From the NCBI RefSeq assembly GCF_009914755.1, contig NC_060933.1: a stretch of 64,000 bases of DNA; one strand, 5' to 3'. The notes beneath the pieces are model-generated. The model had not been told where the DNA came from. It ran no database searches and worked only from the letters and a program-made list of their open reading frames with translations. Position 1 is the first letter of the stretch; each line of letters begins with the position of its first letter. Source of the stretch: the human T2T-CHM13v2.0 reference genome, Homo sapiens. Below, in pieces: positions 63,910-64,000 of the stretch. The position numbers and the translations under genes were made by a program.

Positions 63910-64000
63910 GGCCGGGAGTGGTGGCTCACACCTGTAATCCCAGCACTTTGGGAAGCTGAGGCAGGCGATCACGAGGTCAGGAGATCAAGACCATCCTGGC
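63910..64000 (+). mobile_element. Alu 5' part, cut by the window edge
   Basis: Alu consensus start. Confidence 0.9.

Overview
Human/great-ape genomic DNA, repeat-rich. It holds the 3' three coding exons of the KRAB zinc-finger gene ZNF658 on the + strand: KRAB-A 2360-2486, KRAB-B 2761-2856 and spacer/zinc-finger exon 11914-14855. The ATG exon lies upstream of the window. About 48 kb of intergenic sequence follows, full of Alu, L1, MaLR/ERV LTR and Tigger/mariner remnants. The main unexplained feature is a ~8.8 kb, highly diverged, strand-asymmetric tandem array with a 15-bp unit (consensus ~CTTAGCAACAATGCC) at ~29.5-38.3 kb. It predates the AluJ, THE1, MST, MLT1 and MADE1 elements inserted in it, is packed with RFX-type half-sites, and in places varies like 5-codon coding sequence. 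Directly downstream is a permuted MER52-group LTR/L1 block. Further on, a ~7.3 kb segment ending in a poly(A) signal is bracketed by an ~80-bp direct repeat. Repeat subfamily calls come from remembered consensus sequences, and repeat boundaries are approximate.
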